From contig JAUIGE010000019.1 of NCBI GenBank assembly GCA_030430205.1, positions 69,928 through 133,927 on the forward strand: a DNA stretch of 64,000 nucleotides, in the 5' to 3' direction. Shown here in pieces: positions 55,924-64,000 of this stretch. Under the pieces are notes generated by a model. It had not been told where the DNA came from. It saw only the letters and a list, made by a program, of their open reading frames with translations, and searched no databases. Origin of the DNA: Bacteroidia bacterium. GTDB taxonomy: Bacteria > Bacteroidota > Bacteroidia > J057. Position 1 is the first letter of the stretch; every line of letters starts with the position of its first letter. The position numbers and the translations under genes are program-made.

Positions 55924-58900
55924 CTATCTGTAATTGCGCAGTTTTTGCGCATAATTTTGGTACTCTTGTGCCACCTGGTCGGCTTTCTCGCGATCGCCTT
56001 TTTCGCCCAGGTGCTGTGCGTACATCTGCATGCCATACAGATACACATCTATTTTGCTAAAATAGTCATCTACATCAGCATAGTACTTCAAGGTTTCCGA
56101 AGCCACTTTATACCCGTACTCCAGGTACTCATTTGCCTTTTCCTCCATACCCAGGCGGCTAAACATGATGCCTGCACGCACGATGATGTATGGATCAGGC
56201 TCACATGAAGTATAAGGGAATCTCTCATCAACCATGGTCATGACCTCTTTGGCGCGCTCTCGGAGCGCGGCAGGGTCAGCATCGGCCAATTCAGGGTTGC
56301 TTGCCCGTGTCGTGGAATCCAGCCCGGCACGCTGTTGAGCCTCCAATTCACTGGCTTCCCTCAGGTAATAATTTGACAAACGATAGAATACGCCATGGTA
56401 ATTGCTGACCATGCGCTTGATATTTTCATCGTAATACACATTGGGGTTATCGAGGTTTCTGGTCCTGAAATTTTTCAGGTTGGTATACATCCTTTCAGGA
56501 TCTACAGAGCCATCATAGGGATCATAGGGATCGCTGGTGCGCGGATAAACCACAGGCATGATGCGGTATGCCAGGCCTTCCAGGCGGAGGTTATTTCTCA
56601 AACCGATGAAGCTGTTAGGCGCCACGGTATTGGCGAAATAAACGGGACGCTCCCAGCCATCTTTGGCCACATTTTCTACCAGATTGACAATCAGGCGGTC
56701 CTTCAGCTCCAGGTAACGACGACCTCCACTCCCGCGGGTAGGCACAGTCCACTGCATGGTATTGCCCTGGATCATATCAGCTTCTTTTGGATAAAGAATA
56801 CCAGCGCTTACAAGTTCTTCCTTGTTGATGGGTAGACGAAGCTCCAACTTCTCCTGCCTGAGGAAAAGTGCCTGATTTTCCTGCCCCACATATTCACTCG
56901 CCTTCATGGTGATCGGCAGTGCTTCAGATTCATTCATCTTGCGCATCATCTGCTCGATATACCAGTCTGTGTTCACATAACTCAGACAAAGCACCCGCAC
57001 ATCCGGGCGTACATTTTCCACTTCCTGTATGTACCAAAGTGGGAAGGTGTCATTGTCTCCATTGGTGAAGAGGACAGCATTTTTTTCCAGAGAATTCAGC
57101 AGGTTATAAGCAGAATCAGGAGCCACATAACGTCCATGACGTGAATGATCATCCCAGCCCTGAGTAGCCATCAGCATAGGCGGAATCAGTCCGATAGCCA
57201 CAGCGGCATACACTGCATTTTTATTCAACAAGCGTCGCAACCAATCATAAAGGGCTATCACCCCCAAACCAATCCAAATGGCATAGGTCTGAAATGATCC
57301 GGCAAAGGAGTAATCCCGTTCACGTGGCTGCATGGGGTACTGGTTGAGGTAGAGGATAATGGCAAAGCCGGTAAAGAAGAACAGCAGGCCAACGATAGCG
57401 GCATCATTGCCACGTTTGAATATTTGGTAGCCCAGGCCTGCCAGGCCTAAGAGGAAAGGCAGGAGGTAGAAGTGGTTTTTGCTTCTGTTGTCCTTGACAG
57501 GCTGCGTTTGTTTGCTTGTTTTCCAAAATGCCAACCCACTCTCCCAGTCGCAATCCTGGAAGTCATTTTCCCTGCCGGCAAAGTTCCACATGAAATAGCG
57601 CCAATACATATGCTTGACCTGGTACCCGAAAAAATACCTCATGTCTTCCCCTGCGGTGGGTTTGTCATCATAAGGGGTGACATCGCGCCCATTTCGTTTT
57701 TCACCCGTATTTTTCACATAATTCAGGTAAGCATGTGGGCCCATATTGTAGCGGCCCGGCTCATACATGCGGGGGAAAAGTTTCTTTTGGTTTGAAGGAT
57801 ATTCGTAGCTCACCTTGTTGCCAGACTCAGTATAGCGATCGTCTCCATCTCTCAGGATAAAAGCTTTTTCTGTTTTTTGGCTGGTTGGCTGGACATTGTA
57901 TAGAGGTCCATATAACAAGGGGCGGTCACCATATTGCTCCCGCTTCATATAGCTGAGGAATGTCAGCGCATTGTCGGGATTATTCTCATCGATAGGCGTA
58001 TCTGCATTGGAACGAATAGGAATCATCGCATAGGATGAAAAACCGATATATACCGCAGCCATCGCAATCAAAAAGGTATTGGCCATGACCAGGCGACGCT
58101 TATGGGTGTACCAAATGGAAGCGATCATGCCTCCAAAAAGCAGGAGGAAGAATAAGATCATCCCTGATCCCAAAGGCAGGCCCAGGCCTGTGGTGGTAGC
58201 CCCACTGGCGCTTTGTGTTCCCACCAGAGACTTCTCAAAAGCCCATGCCAGGTCAAAGGTATAAATGATGATTCCTGTCTGGATGATACCCAAAATGGCT
58301 ACAGAGACAGCGCCGGTGGCTATAAAACCCGCCCAGCTAAATTTGTATTTTCTAAAATAATAAATGTATGCAAGGGCGGGAATGGTCAACAGGTTGAGCA
58401 GGTGTACTCCGATGGAGCAGCCCATGAGGTACATGATCAGAATCAACCATCGTTGATGCCCCGGCTGGTCGGCCCGGGCTTCCCACTTAAACATCAGCCA
58501 TACAACGATGGCTGTAAAGAAGGAACTCATCGCATAAACCTCTGCTTCAACAGCGTTGAACCAAAAAGAATCCGCAAAGGTATTGGCCATAGCAGCGACA
58601 AAACCTGCAGCGATAATGGCAATAAGTTGCTCTTTATTGGGTCTGGCTTCTACACTTACCAAAAGCTTTTTGGCAAGAATGGTTGTGATCCAGAAAGTAA
58701 AGAGAACGGTAAAGGCAGAGGTCAACGCACTCTGAATGTTGAGCATCAAGGCTACCAGCGTCTCATCACCAAATGAAAAAATGGCAAAGATTCGCCCAAT
58801 CAGCAAAAAGAAAGGCGCACCCGGAGGGTGAGGGACTTCCAATTCATTGGCACAGGCGATAAACTCACCACAATCCCAAAAGCTAGCTGTGGGGGCCATG

Positions 58901-58974
58901 GTCAATAGATAGACAAGGAAGGCAATGCCAAAGACTACCCAACCGGAAATGTTATTGATTTTGTTATAATTCAT
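55924..58974 (-). CDS. DUF2723 (TMEM260-like, GT-C fold) polytopic membrane protein with a C-terminal TPR-like region
   Basis: The track ORF starts at TTG 58989; the first ATG is at 58974. The N-terminal signature is TMAPTASFWDCGEFIACANELEVPHPPGAPFF. It has many TM segments. Confidence 0.75.
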   Translation of the reverse strand: MNYNKINNISGWVVFGIAFLVYLLTMAPTASFWDCGEFIACANELEVPHPPGAPFFLLIGRIFAIFSFGDETLVALMLNIQSALTSAFTVLFTFWITTILAKKLLVSVEARPNKEQLIAIIAAGFVAAMANTFADSFWFNAVEAEVYAMSSFFTAIVVWLMFKWEARADQPGHQRWLILIMYLMGCSIGVHLLNLLTIPALAYIYYFRKYKFSWAGFIATGAVSVAILGIIQTGIIIYTFDLAWAFEKSLVGTQSASGATTTGLGLPLGSGMILFFLLLFGGMIASIWYTHKRRLVMANTFLIAMAAVYIGFSSYAMIPIRSNADTPIDENNPDNALTFLSYMKREQYGDRPLLYGPLYNVQPTSQKTEKAFILRDGDDRYTESGNKVSYEYPSNQKKLFPRMYEPGRYNMGPHAYLNYVKNTGEKRNGRDVTPYDDKPTAGEDMRYFFGYQVKHMYWRYFMWNFAGRENDFQDCDWESGLAFWKTSKQTQPVKDNRSKNHFYLLPFLLGLAGLGYQIFKRGNDAAIVGLLFFFTGFAIILYLNQYPMQPRERDYSFAGSFQTYAIWIGLGVIALYDWLRRLLNKNAVYAAVAIGLIPPMLMATQGWDDHSRHGRYVAPDSAYNLLNSLEKNAVLFTNGDNDTFPLWYIQEVENVRPDVRVLCLSYVNTDWYIEQMMRKMNESEALPITMKASEYVGQENQALFLRQEKLELRLPINKEELVSAGILYPKEADMIQGNTMQWTVPTRGSGGRRYLELKDRLIVNLVENVAKDGWERPVYFANTVAPNSFIGLRNNLRLEGLAYRIMPVVYPRTSDPYDPYDGSVDPERMYTNLKNFRTRNLDNPNVYYDENIKRMVSNYHGVFYRLSNYYLREASELEAQQRAGLDSTTRASNPELADADPAALRERAKEVMTMVDERFPYTSCEPDPYIIVRAGIMFSRLGMEEKANEYLEYGYKVASETLKYYADVDDYFSKIDVYLYGMQMYAQHLGEKGDREKADQVAQEYQNYAQKLRNYR

Positions 58975-59062
58975 GATTCTTTTTTCCAAAAAACAAGGCC
59001 AAATCTAGCCAATTTTGTGGTAAACTCTATTTAAAGATATGTTAAAATGGGAGAAACTTCCT

Positions 59063-60112
59063 CTATATAAATTCGACATCCTCTGTAAAGGGAAATTCCA
59101 TCAGCAGCCTTACTGCCCGCTGTATCTCCATTTCTCCCTGGAGAATACGAGCCATAGCCTGAGTGATGGGGGCGGAAACTTTATGTGAGTTGGCGAGAGC
59201 CCGGGCGATGAAGGTAGTCTTGACCCCTTCGGCCACCTCTTCCATATCTGCGATGATGTCATCGAGGCTCTCGCCTTTGGCAAGGCGAAATCCCACCGTA
59301 AAGTTACGGCTGTGGGGGCTGCTACAGGTAGCGACAAGGTCGCCAATGCCAGCCAACCCGAGAAAGGTGCGGGCATCCGCACCAAAAATCCGCGCCAGCC
59401 GGATCATTTCGGCTATGCCCCGCGTGATGAGCAGCGCCATCGTATTGTCGCCATAACCGAGGCCATGGAGTATCCCGGCCGAAATGGCCATGATATTTTT
59501 CAACACCCCCGCCAACTCAATCCCCAATAAATCAGGACTCGCATGCACCCGAAAACGGCTGCTCCGCATGACGGCGGTGCCTTCGCGTATCACCTCCTCA
59601 AAAGGGCTTGCAATCACCGTAGCCGCAGGCTGCCCCTCAGCTATCTCAGAGGCCAGGTTGGGGCCTGCGATGCAGCCTATGCGCCTTACGACTGTTTCCT
59701 GCAGGATGAGACGGCTCATCGTCATCACCTGGTCTGCCTGGAGGCTTTCCAGCTTTTCGAGCTGCTGGTCTTTGGGTATATTGATGACCAATCCCTTGGT
59801 AGCATGTACCAGGCGGTGGTAGGGATGGAGAAAAGGAGCCAGATCGTCCAGCATGCCTCTAAAAGAGGCGGATGGCACGATAGGAAAAATCAATTCGCAC
59901 TGTGCGGCGAAGGCTTCTGTAGAGGTGATCACCTCTATATTGGGGTGAACGTCCTGCCGCTTATGGTGGCCTGTGGTGCGAATTTTATCCGCGATCTCTT
60001 CGCGGCGGGCCAGCAATAGAATTTTCCCATTTTCGGCCATGATATTGGCCATGGCGATGCCGAAGCTGCCTGCGCCGATGACGCCCGCCTGGTATTTAGA
60101 TGTATTTTTCAA
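59063..60112 (-). CDS. gpsA: NAD(P)H-dependent glycerol-3-phosphate dehydrogenase
   Basis: 349 aa with a GAGSFGIAMA dinucleotide fold and the LKNIMAISAG, GLAGIGDLVATC motifs. Confidence 0.9.
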   Translation of the reverse strand: MKNTSKYQAGVIGAGSFGIAMANIMAENGKILLLARREEIADKIRTTGHHKRQDVHPNIEVITSTEAFAAQCELIFPIVPSASFRGMLDDLAPFLHPYHRLVHATKGLVINIPKDQQLEKLESLQADQVMTMSRLILQETVVRRIGCIAGPNLASEIAEGQPAATVIASPFEEVIREGTAVMRSSRFRVHASPDLLGIELAGVLKNIMAISAGILHGLGYGDNTMALLITRGIAEMIRLARIFGADARTFLGLAGIGDLVATCSSPHSRNFTVGFRLAKGESLDDIIADMEEVAEGVKTTFIARALANSHKVSAPITQAMARILQGEMEIQRAVRLLMEFPFTEDVEFI

Positions 60113-61799
60113 GACCGTAGCCCTCCAATCTGTTATGGTAATAATAGAGCAAATTCATGTTGTCAGAAATCAGGTCCCCACCTTTCTGAAAGGTCAGAGG
60201 ACGCTTGGTATGGTAGAGGCCCAGGTTTTTGATGCCATGCCTAAGGATGTCCATGGGATCATTTTCCAGGTGATCGGCCATCATGACTTTTTCATGATCC
60301 CTCATGACGCGCAGGCGATCCAAAACCCTTTCGAGGGTTTCCATATATTGGCGGAGGGGGATCACCCTGTCGTCCTGCGGCAAGCGCAGCAGGGCATATA
60401 AATCAAAGCGCGAATAGCGCTTTTTCAACATCTCAAAGGCTACAAAAGCCACCAGGTGGCTCGAAAACACATGGTTTTCAGCATGGAATCGTTCTACGAT
60501 TTTTTCGCCCAGCATGCGTGTGTACTGCTCATCGCGCTGCACATCTTCCCTCATTTCCCCTTCACTCATAAAATACTCACGGATATTCAATTCCTTTCCC
60601 CCTGCATCAAAGCTCCGGCCTTCCTGGTCCACAAAATTGCCAAAAAGATCCATCGGCTTGCCAAAGTTGAGGGTGATCTCAGAGGTTTTTCCTAAAGCCT
60701 TCCAGACAAACATGAGAAACTTGCGGTAGCTGGCAAATTCATCATGAATGATGTAATATTTGTCCTGTCCGGTTCTTTTGAGGTGCTCGCTGATCAGCGT
60801 TTTGGCTTCCAGGACAAAGTGATAACTCATCACAAGTGGCACCACAAAGATTTTCTTCCCGCTGCCTTCCATCAACAAATTGCGCCTTTGCGCTTCCATC
60901 GCTGTGCCGAGCAGGCCCAGTTTCAGGCGTTTTTCGATTGTACCGGTGCGCGAGCGCGTTCCCCCGGGAAAAAAAAGGCTATGCACATTATGTGTAATGG
61001 CAAGGGTAGAATAGGTATCGAGTGTGGCGCGGTACATGGCATTTTTCTTTCGCCTGTCTACTTTATATGCGCCCAATCTCCCCATAAAATACCCCACCAG
61101 CTTGCTGTTAAAAAGGTTGAGTCCTGCGCCATATATAAAGGCGGGAAGGCCCAAAGCATGCAGGCCCCAGCCTACCAGGATAGAATCAACATTGCTGATA
61201 TGGGTAGGAACGAGGATGATGGTTCCCTTTTCAGAAAGGCTGCGCAAAGCATCAATTTCGCCTTTGAGATGTACTTTCTCCTGCAAACCTATCCGGTGGT
61301 AAATGGCAGAGCGGATATTGCTGCCCGCCGAGGCATTGAGCAGGCTGGAAAAGAAAAAGGGCAAAAAGCGTTTGGCAAAATGATAGGTAGAAGGCTTGAA
61401 ACTGCTGGAAATCTCCGAGGCATAGCGATCCACAATGGAATGGGCCAGTTCTGCATTTTTTTGTTTAAATGCCTCTGGGTCTTCCTGAAATTGCTCATTC
61501 TCCACCAGAGCCTTTTTTATCTTTGACCAAAATTTTGTTTCGTCAGGAGGATCTATTTTCCAGGGATCATCAGCTATGCGAATCCGTTCCAGGTACATGG
61601 CCTTTTCGATAAGCTGTTGCAGGCTAATTTTTTCCCGCTCACATGTCTTCATCAGCTGTACCAGGCTTTCCTTTTCGACTTCTTCTACAAAAGCTTTGTT
61701 TTTCCTCAACAAATTGGCGATAGGCCAGTCTTTGATATCAGGGATAACAGGAGGAAGGAGCAGGCCTTCGTTTTTGTAGTCTGGTTTTTTTTTTGCCAT
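60096..61799 (-). CDS. PlsB/GPAT-like glycerolipid acyltransferase
   Basis: 567 aa with an HX4D motif (HISNVDS) and motif III (FFPGGTRSRTG). It overlaps the gpsA start by 17 bp. Confidence 0.7.
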   Translation of the reverse strand: MAKKKPDYKNEGLLLPPVIPDIKDWPIANLLRKNKAFVEEVEKESLVQLMKTCEREKISLQQLIEKAMYLERIRIADDPWKIDPPDETKFWSKIKKALVENEQFQEDPEAFKQKNAELAHSIVDRYASEISSSFKPSTYHFAKRFLPFFFSSLLNASAGSNIRSAIYHRIGLQEKVHLKGEIDALRSLSEKGTIILVPTHISNVDSILVGWGLHALGLPAFIYGAGLNLFNSKLVGYFMGRLGAYKVDRRKKNAMYRATLDTYSTLAITHNVHSLFFPGGTRSRTGTIEKRLKLGLLGTAMEAQRRNLLMEGSGKKIFVVPLVMSYHFVLEAKTLISEHLKRTGQDKYYIIHDEFASYRKFLMFVWKALGKTSEITLNFGKPMDLFGNFVDQEGRSFDAGGKELNIREYFMSEGEMREDVQRDEQYTRMLGEKIVERFHAENHVFSSHLVAFVAFEMLKKRYSRFDLYALLRLPQDDRVIPLRQYMETLERVLDRLRVMRDHEKVMMADHLENDPMDILRHGIKNLGLYHTKRPLTFQKGGDLISDNMNLLYYYHNRLEGYGLEKYI

Positions 61800-61869
61800 A
61801 AAGGATGGGGTCGCGTATAGGTAGAGCGAAATTAGAAAATGTTAGTTTTGAAAAAAATAAAACAGCAGC

Positions 61870-62667
61870 ATGAAAATACGTCTCGGATTCAGTACCTGTC
61901 CTAATGATACCTTTATGTTTGATGCCATGGTCCATGGCCGGATCGATACGCAAGATATTGATTATGAGGTGGTTTTGGGAGATATTTTTCACCTGAACCA
62001 GATGGCGCAGCGGGAGGAGCTGGATATGGTAAAAATCTCTTACAACACCTACGGACAAGTCCGTGACAGCTACCAGCTGTTGGAAGCGGGCAGTGCCCTG
62101 GGCCACAATTGTGGCCCCCTCCTCATCGCCAAAGGCGATATCTCCCTCAAGGAAATCCTCGAAAAACAGCTCCCTATTGCCATTCCCGGCAAAAACACCA
62201 CCGCCAACCTCCTGCTCAACTTTTTCGCGCCTGAGCTGAAAAACCGCCAGGAATACATCTTCCACGAAATCATGCCTGCTGTGCTGGAAGGAAAAGCTGC
62301 CGCAGGCCTGATCATTCATGAAAACAGGTTTACCTACCAAAAATATGGCTTGAACTGCCTGCAGGATCTTGGCGAATACTGGGAAGCGCAAACGCAGTTG
62401 CCGATCCCGCTGGGCGCCATCGTGGCGCATAAGCGCCTGGGCGAGCAGCTGATCGCAAAGCTGGGCAGGCAGATGCACGAAAGCGTCGCTTATGCTTTTG
62501 CGCATCCCGAGGCCTCCCGGCCCTATGTGCGCGCGCATGCGCAGGAGATGGAGGAAGAGGTCATGCAGGCCCATATTGGGCTGTATGTGAATGAATATTC
62601 ATTGGGATTGGGGGAGCTGGGACACGCGGCTGTGGCGCGGCTCTTGGGCATCTCAAATAATGGTTAA
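61870..62667 (+). CDS. mqnD: 1,4-dihydroxy-6-naphthoate synthase (futalosine pathway)
   Basis: 265 aa. The N terminus KIRLGFSTCPNDTFMFDAMVHG matches the MqnD/VitK2_biosynth family pattern as I remember it. Confidence 0.7.
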   Translation: MKIRLGFSTCPNDTFMFDAMVHGRIDTQDIDYEVVLGDIFHLNQMAQREELDMVKISYNTYGQVRDSYQLLEAGSALGHNCGPLLIAKGDISLKEILEKQLPIAIPGKNTTANLLLNFFAPELKNRQEYIFHEIMPAVLEGKAAAGLIIHENRFTYQKYGLNCLQDLGEYWEAQTQLPIPLGAIVAHKRLGEQLIAKLGRQMHESVAYAFAHPEASRPYVRAHAQEMEEEVMQAHIGLYVNEYSLGLGELGHAAVARLLGISNNG

Positions 62668-62685
62668 ATTCCTTATCTTTACTTT

Positions 62686-64000
62686 ATGATGAAGCGATAC
62701 CCTATTGGCATACAGGATTTTAAAGACCTTATTGAAGGAAACTATCTTTATGTTGATAAAACCCAAAACATTTTCCACCTTATTAATTCTGGAAAATTTT
62801 TCTTCTATTCCCGTCCAAGAAGATTTGGCAAATCTCTTCTGCTCTCCACTATCAAATACATTTTCCAGGGAAAAAAGCATCTCTTCAAAGGTTTATGGCT
62901 AGAAAACAAGCATGATTGGGAGGTATATCCAGTCATTCATCTTTCTTTTAGTTCTATTGGCTATAGGGAATTGGGGCTGGAAAAGGCCATTTCCCTGGAG
63001 TTGAATACCCTTGCACGCCAGCACGAAATAAGCCTGGAAGAAGAAGGCAACTCCCGCCGTTTTCGGGAATTGCTGAGAAAACTACATGAAGGCGGAAAAA
63101 AAGTCATTATCCTGATAGATGAATATGACAAGCCTATCATAGATTACCTCGATGACATGCCCCAGGCAAAGGCCAACCAATTGATCCTCAGAAATTTTTA
63201 TGGCATCATCAAGGATGCCGATCCCTATATCAGGTTTTTGTTGATCACAGGGGTATCCAAATTCAGCAAAGTCAGCATTTTTTCAGAACTCAATAACCTG
63301 CAAGACCTGACCCTGCATCCCCGATTCTCCACCTTGGTGGGCTATACCCAGGCAGAGTTAGAGCATTATTTCGCAGCGGAAATAGAGGATTTTGCAACAA
63401 AAAATCAGCTCAGTCGGGAAGCTTTGCTCCAAAAAATTAAAGCTCAATACAATGGCTACAGCTGGGATGGGATCAATTTTGTTTATAACCCCATCTCCGT
63501 GCTCTCCTATTTTGATACCGGTCAATTTCGAAATTTCTGGTTTACGACAGGGACCCCTACTTTTTTGATCAAATTATTGCGGGGGAGAAATCAGATTGAA
63601 TTAGAAGGGAACAAGGTTGATTTTGGGCTTTTTGAAAGCTATGATCTTGAGAAGCTCGAAACCCTGGCACTGCTCTTCCAGACAGGATATCTCACAATAA
63701 AGGAAATTGACCAAAGGGGCTTTTTTCTCCTTGAATATCCGAATAAAGAAGTGAAGGAATCCATGCTCAGCCATCTTATTGGTTCATTTCGTCATGATGA
63801 CTCCTCGATTACTTCGGCTATCGTATTTGACATACAGGATGCTTTCAGGGCAGATGACCTTGACCTTGTTGTCAAAATCATCAATAGCCTTTTCAAAAAT
63901 ATCCCTTCCCATATTTTCATCAAAGAAAAAGAGGCTTACTATCATGCCATTATCTATTTGGTTTTCAATTATTTAGGGCAAATAATGGAAGCAGAAGTCC
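62686..64000 (+). CDS. AAA-ATPase-like (PF09820-type) protein with a downstream PD-(D/E)XK-type region; 3' partial at the window edge
   Basis: This ORF is not in the supplied track because there is no stop before 64000. My manual translation from ATG 62686 is stop-free for 438 codons: MMKRYPIGIQDFKDLIEGNYLYVDKTQNIF...FFFYSRPRRFGKSLLLST...ILIDEYDKP...ITGVSKFSKVSIFSELNNL. This is the typical N-terminal signature of that family. Confidence 0.75.
   Translation, partial: MMKRYPIGIQDFKDLIEGNYLYVDKTQNIFHLINSGKFFFYSRPRRFGKSLLLSTIKYIFQGKKHLFKGLWLENKHDWEVYPVIHLSFSSIGYRELGLEKAISLELNTLARQHEISLEEEGNSRRFRELLRKLHEGGKKVIILIDEYDKPIIDYLDDMPQAKANQLILRNFYGIIKDADPYIRFLLITGVSKFSKVSIFSELNNLQDLTLHPRFSTLVGYTQAELEHYFAAEIEDFATKNQLSREALLQKIKAQYNGYSWDGINFVYNPISVLSYFDTGQFRNFWFTTGTPTFLIKLLRGRNQIELEGNKVDFGLFESYDLEKLETLALLFQTGYLTIKEIDQRGFFLLEYPNKEVKESMLSHLIGSFRHDDSSITSAIVFDIQDAFRADDLDLVVKIINSLFKNIPSHIFIKEKEAYYHAIIYLVFNYLGQIMEAEV

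Noticed and set aside
60744-62574. Long antisense ORFs 60744-61526 (260 aa) and 61738-62574 (278 aa). Similar ones lie at 50423-51214, 39896-40627, 38168-38869, 27409-28110, 28129-28770 and 19493-20218.
   Set aside because: The two I checked are in the codon-aligned antisense frame of well-supported genes (the acyltransferase and mqnD). The recurrent pattern across unrelated genes points to codon-usage bias rather than overlapping genes.
62705-62902. The 65-aa track ORF at the start of the last gene region.
   Set aside because: It is out of frame relative to the 438-codon open frame from 62686, which has clear family signatures.
1-64000. Search for CRISPR arrays, tRNA/rRNA genes, IS elements, integrases and terminal inverted repeats.
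   Set aside because: I saw no regularly spaced direct repeats. No intergenic gap has tRNA- or rRNA-like content. No transposase- or integrase-like ORF occurs in any frame. This was by-eye inspection only, so short MITEs could be missed.

Overview
This 64-kb chromosomal window comes from a Bacteroidota genome. The evidence is a SusC/SusD pair, T9SS type A and type B C-terminal sorting domains, TAnnTTTG-type promoter boxes and a linked rplM-rpsI-rpsB cluster. Finer taxonomy cannot be supported from the sequence alone. I count about 40 intact CDS. I found no rRNA, tRNA, CRISPR array, IS element, integrase or obvious pseudogene. Layout: (1) 2-6550, a tightly coupled operon of split-transketolase C subunit, RbsB-type lipoprotein SBP, DUF2291, ABC ATPase, permease and FGGY kinase. 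(2) 6586-26145, a pectin/rhamnogalacturonan-type polysaccharide utilisation locus. It holds a CxxCH/FG-GAP lipoprotein, SusD, SusC, three DUF1593 (nucleoside-hydrolase-like) modules (one standalone, one fused to a PL1 pectate lyase, one fused to GH105), a PmoA-like DUF6807 lipoprotein and a 1514-aa GH63/37-like + GH78 fusion. (3) 26267-32144, two tandem paralogous TonB-dependent receptors followed by a YfiR-like DUF4154 protein, with a small OM barrel upstream. (4) 32148-41521, housekeeping genes: GNAT, two cyclophilins, an AlkD-like repair protein, a T9SS esterase, a TPR histidine kinase and mfd. (5) 41632-53233, a surface/secreted block: DUF2911, a tail-fibre-like protein with an S74 chaperone domain, Uma2, a T9SS protein, a sortilin/BNR protein, ribE and a T9SS type B adhesin. 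(6) 53513-62667, core genes: rplM, rpsI, rpsB, DUF2723, gpsA, a PlsB-like acyltransferase and mqnD. (7) 62686 to the window end, an AAA-ATPase-like/PD-(D/E)XK ORF that the supplied ORF track misses because it has no in-window stop. The best candidate for something undescribed is the recurrent DUF1593 module in the pectin PUL, together with its neighbouring transketolase/ABC/kinase operon. The TBDR-TBDR-YfiR triad is second. All functional calls rest on motif recognition by eye and on remembered family knowledge. No database search was run.
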